A stretch of 15,149 nt of DNA from Planctomycetota bacterium (GTDB lineage: Bacteria > Planctomycetota > Phycisphaerae > Sedimentisphaerales > Anaerohalosphaeraceae), in the NCBI GenBank assembly GCA_039714335.1, contig JBDLJN010000064.1, positions 1-15,149 on the forward strand, written 5' to 3'. This document shows positions 14,877 through 15,149 of this stretch, piece by piece (position 1 is the first letter of the stretch; every line of letters starts with the position of its first letter). The position numbers and the translations under genes were made by a program. Below the pieces are notes generated by a model. It was not told the DNA's origin, made no database searches, and was given only the letters and a program-made list of their open reading frames with translations.

Positions 14877-15149
14877 CGACTTCTGGATGCTTTTCAGTTG
14901 GAGGGTGAGCTCGCTGGAGAACGAGTTTTATTGATTGATGGTGTGATGACGACCGGCGCAACAGGCGAGAGCTGCGCCAGGCGCGCCGCGATCACCTGTT
15001 GCACCTTGGGTGGCAGCGGGAGGTCCTCGCGGGCTGCACGACACCCCCGCCACGCGAGCCCGGGCCGCAGCCCCAGCCGCCCCCGCCCGCCTACGTGCAA
15101 GGCGCGCCGCTGCTGTCGGACCTGGGAGATCGGACCCACCCCATCTCCA
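14877..15149 (+). other. Very GC-rich segment continuing the rnc frame; contains a ComF/GntX-type phosphoribosyltransferase C-terminal motif (fragment, possible chimeric junction)
   Basis: In frame with rnc it reads LLDAFQLEGELAGERVLLIDGVMTTGAT. This resembles the ComF/GntX motif N.+.AF...G..VLLVDDV.TTGAT, with Gly replacing the second Asp. The translation then becomes Arg/Pro/Ser-rich low complexity. My spot count gives about 82% GC for 15061-15120. Confidence 0.45.

Noticed and set aside
1-15149. Looked for tRNA/rRNA genes, CRISPR arrays, transposase, integrase or phage genes, and long internal repeats
   Set aside because: I recognised none by eye. The only repeats are the short elements at 1921-2038 and the protein-level dockerin-like tails. 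The low-GC segments therefore lack an identifiable mobility gene within this window.

Overview
This is a bacterial chromosomal window with strongly mosaic GC content. My spot counts on single 60-nt lines give about 32-40% GC in 1-520 and 3840-6810, about 52% in 10081-10140, 63-70% in hflX and pyk, and about 82% in the last 100 nt.

The recognisable genes are listed here.
- Housekeeping: hflX (-), pyruvate kinase (+), and RNase III (+). The RNase III ORF is missing from the ORF track because it runs off the right edge.
- Signalling: a membrane HAMP/PP2C (SpoIIE-type) phosphatase and a STAS anti-sigma antagonist, about 10 kb apart.
- Lipid: a low-GC, translationally coupled module of a YdjM-like hydrolase, a CDP-alcohol phosphatidyltransferase, a PlsC-type acyltransferase and a CdsA-family cytidylyltransferase. 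It resembles E. coli ynbA/ynbB.
- Other: a nitroreductase and a small membrane protein.

The stand-out is a convergent pair of secreted proteins at 9761-13345 that carry the same dockerin-like C-terminal tail.
- The + strand gene is collinear, in about five ordered motif blocks, with the eukaryotic gamete fusogen HAP2/GCS1 (fusexin, class II fusion fold). It lacks a membrane anchor and the hallmark cysteines of the HAP2 box.
- The - strand gene is a bilobal aspartic protease with two D-T-G-A motifs.

I am not aware of a described bacterial HAP2/fusexin, so this is the main candidate for something new. The match rests on my recollection of HAP2 sequences and needs HMM and structure confirmation.

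The right end, from about 14877, is a composition and homology break. The rnc frame runs in frame into a very GC-rich ComF/GntX-like phosphoribosyltransferase fragment, which may be an assembly chimera.

I saw no tRNA, rRNA, CRISPR array, transposase or integrase. All coordinates were counted by hand. The promoter and terminator calls are motif-based only.
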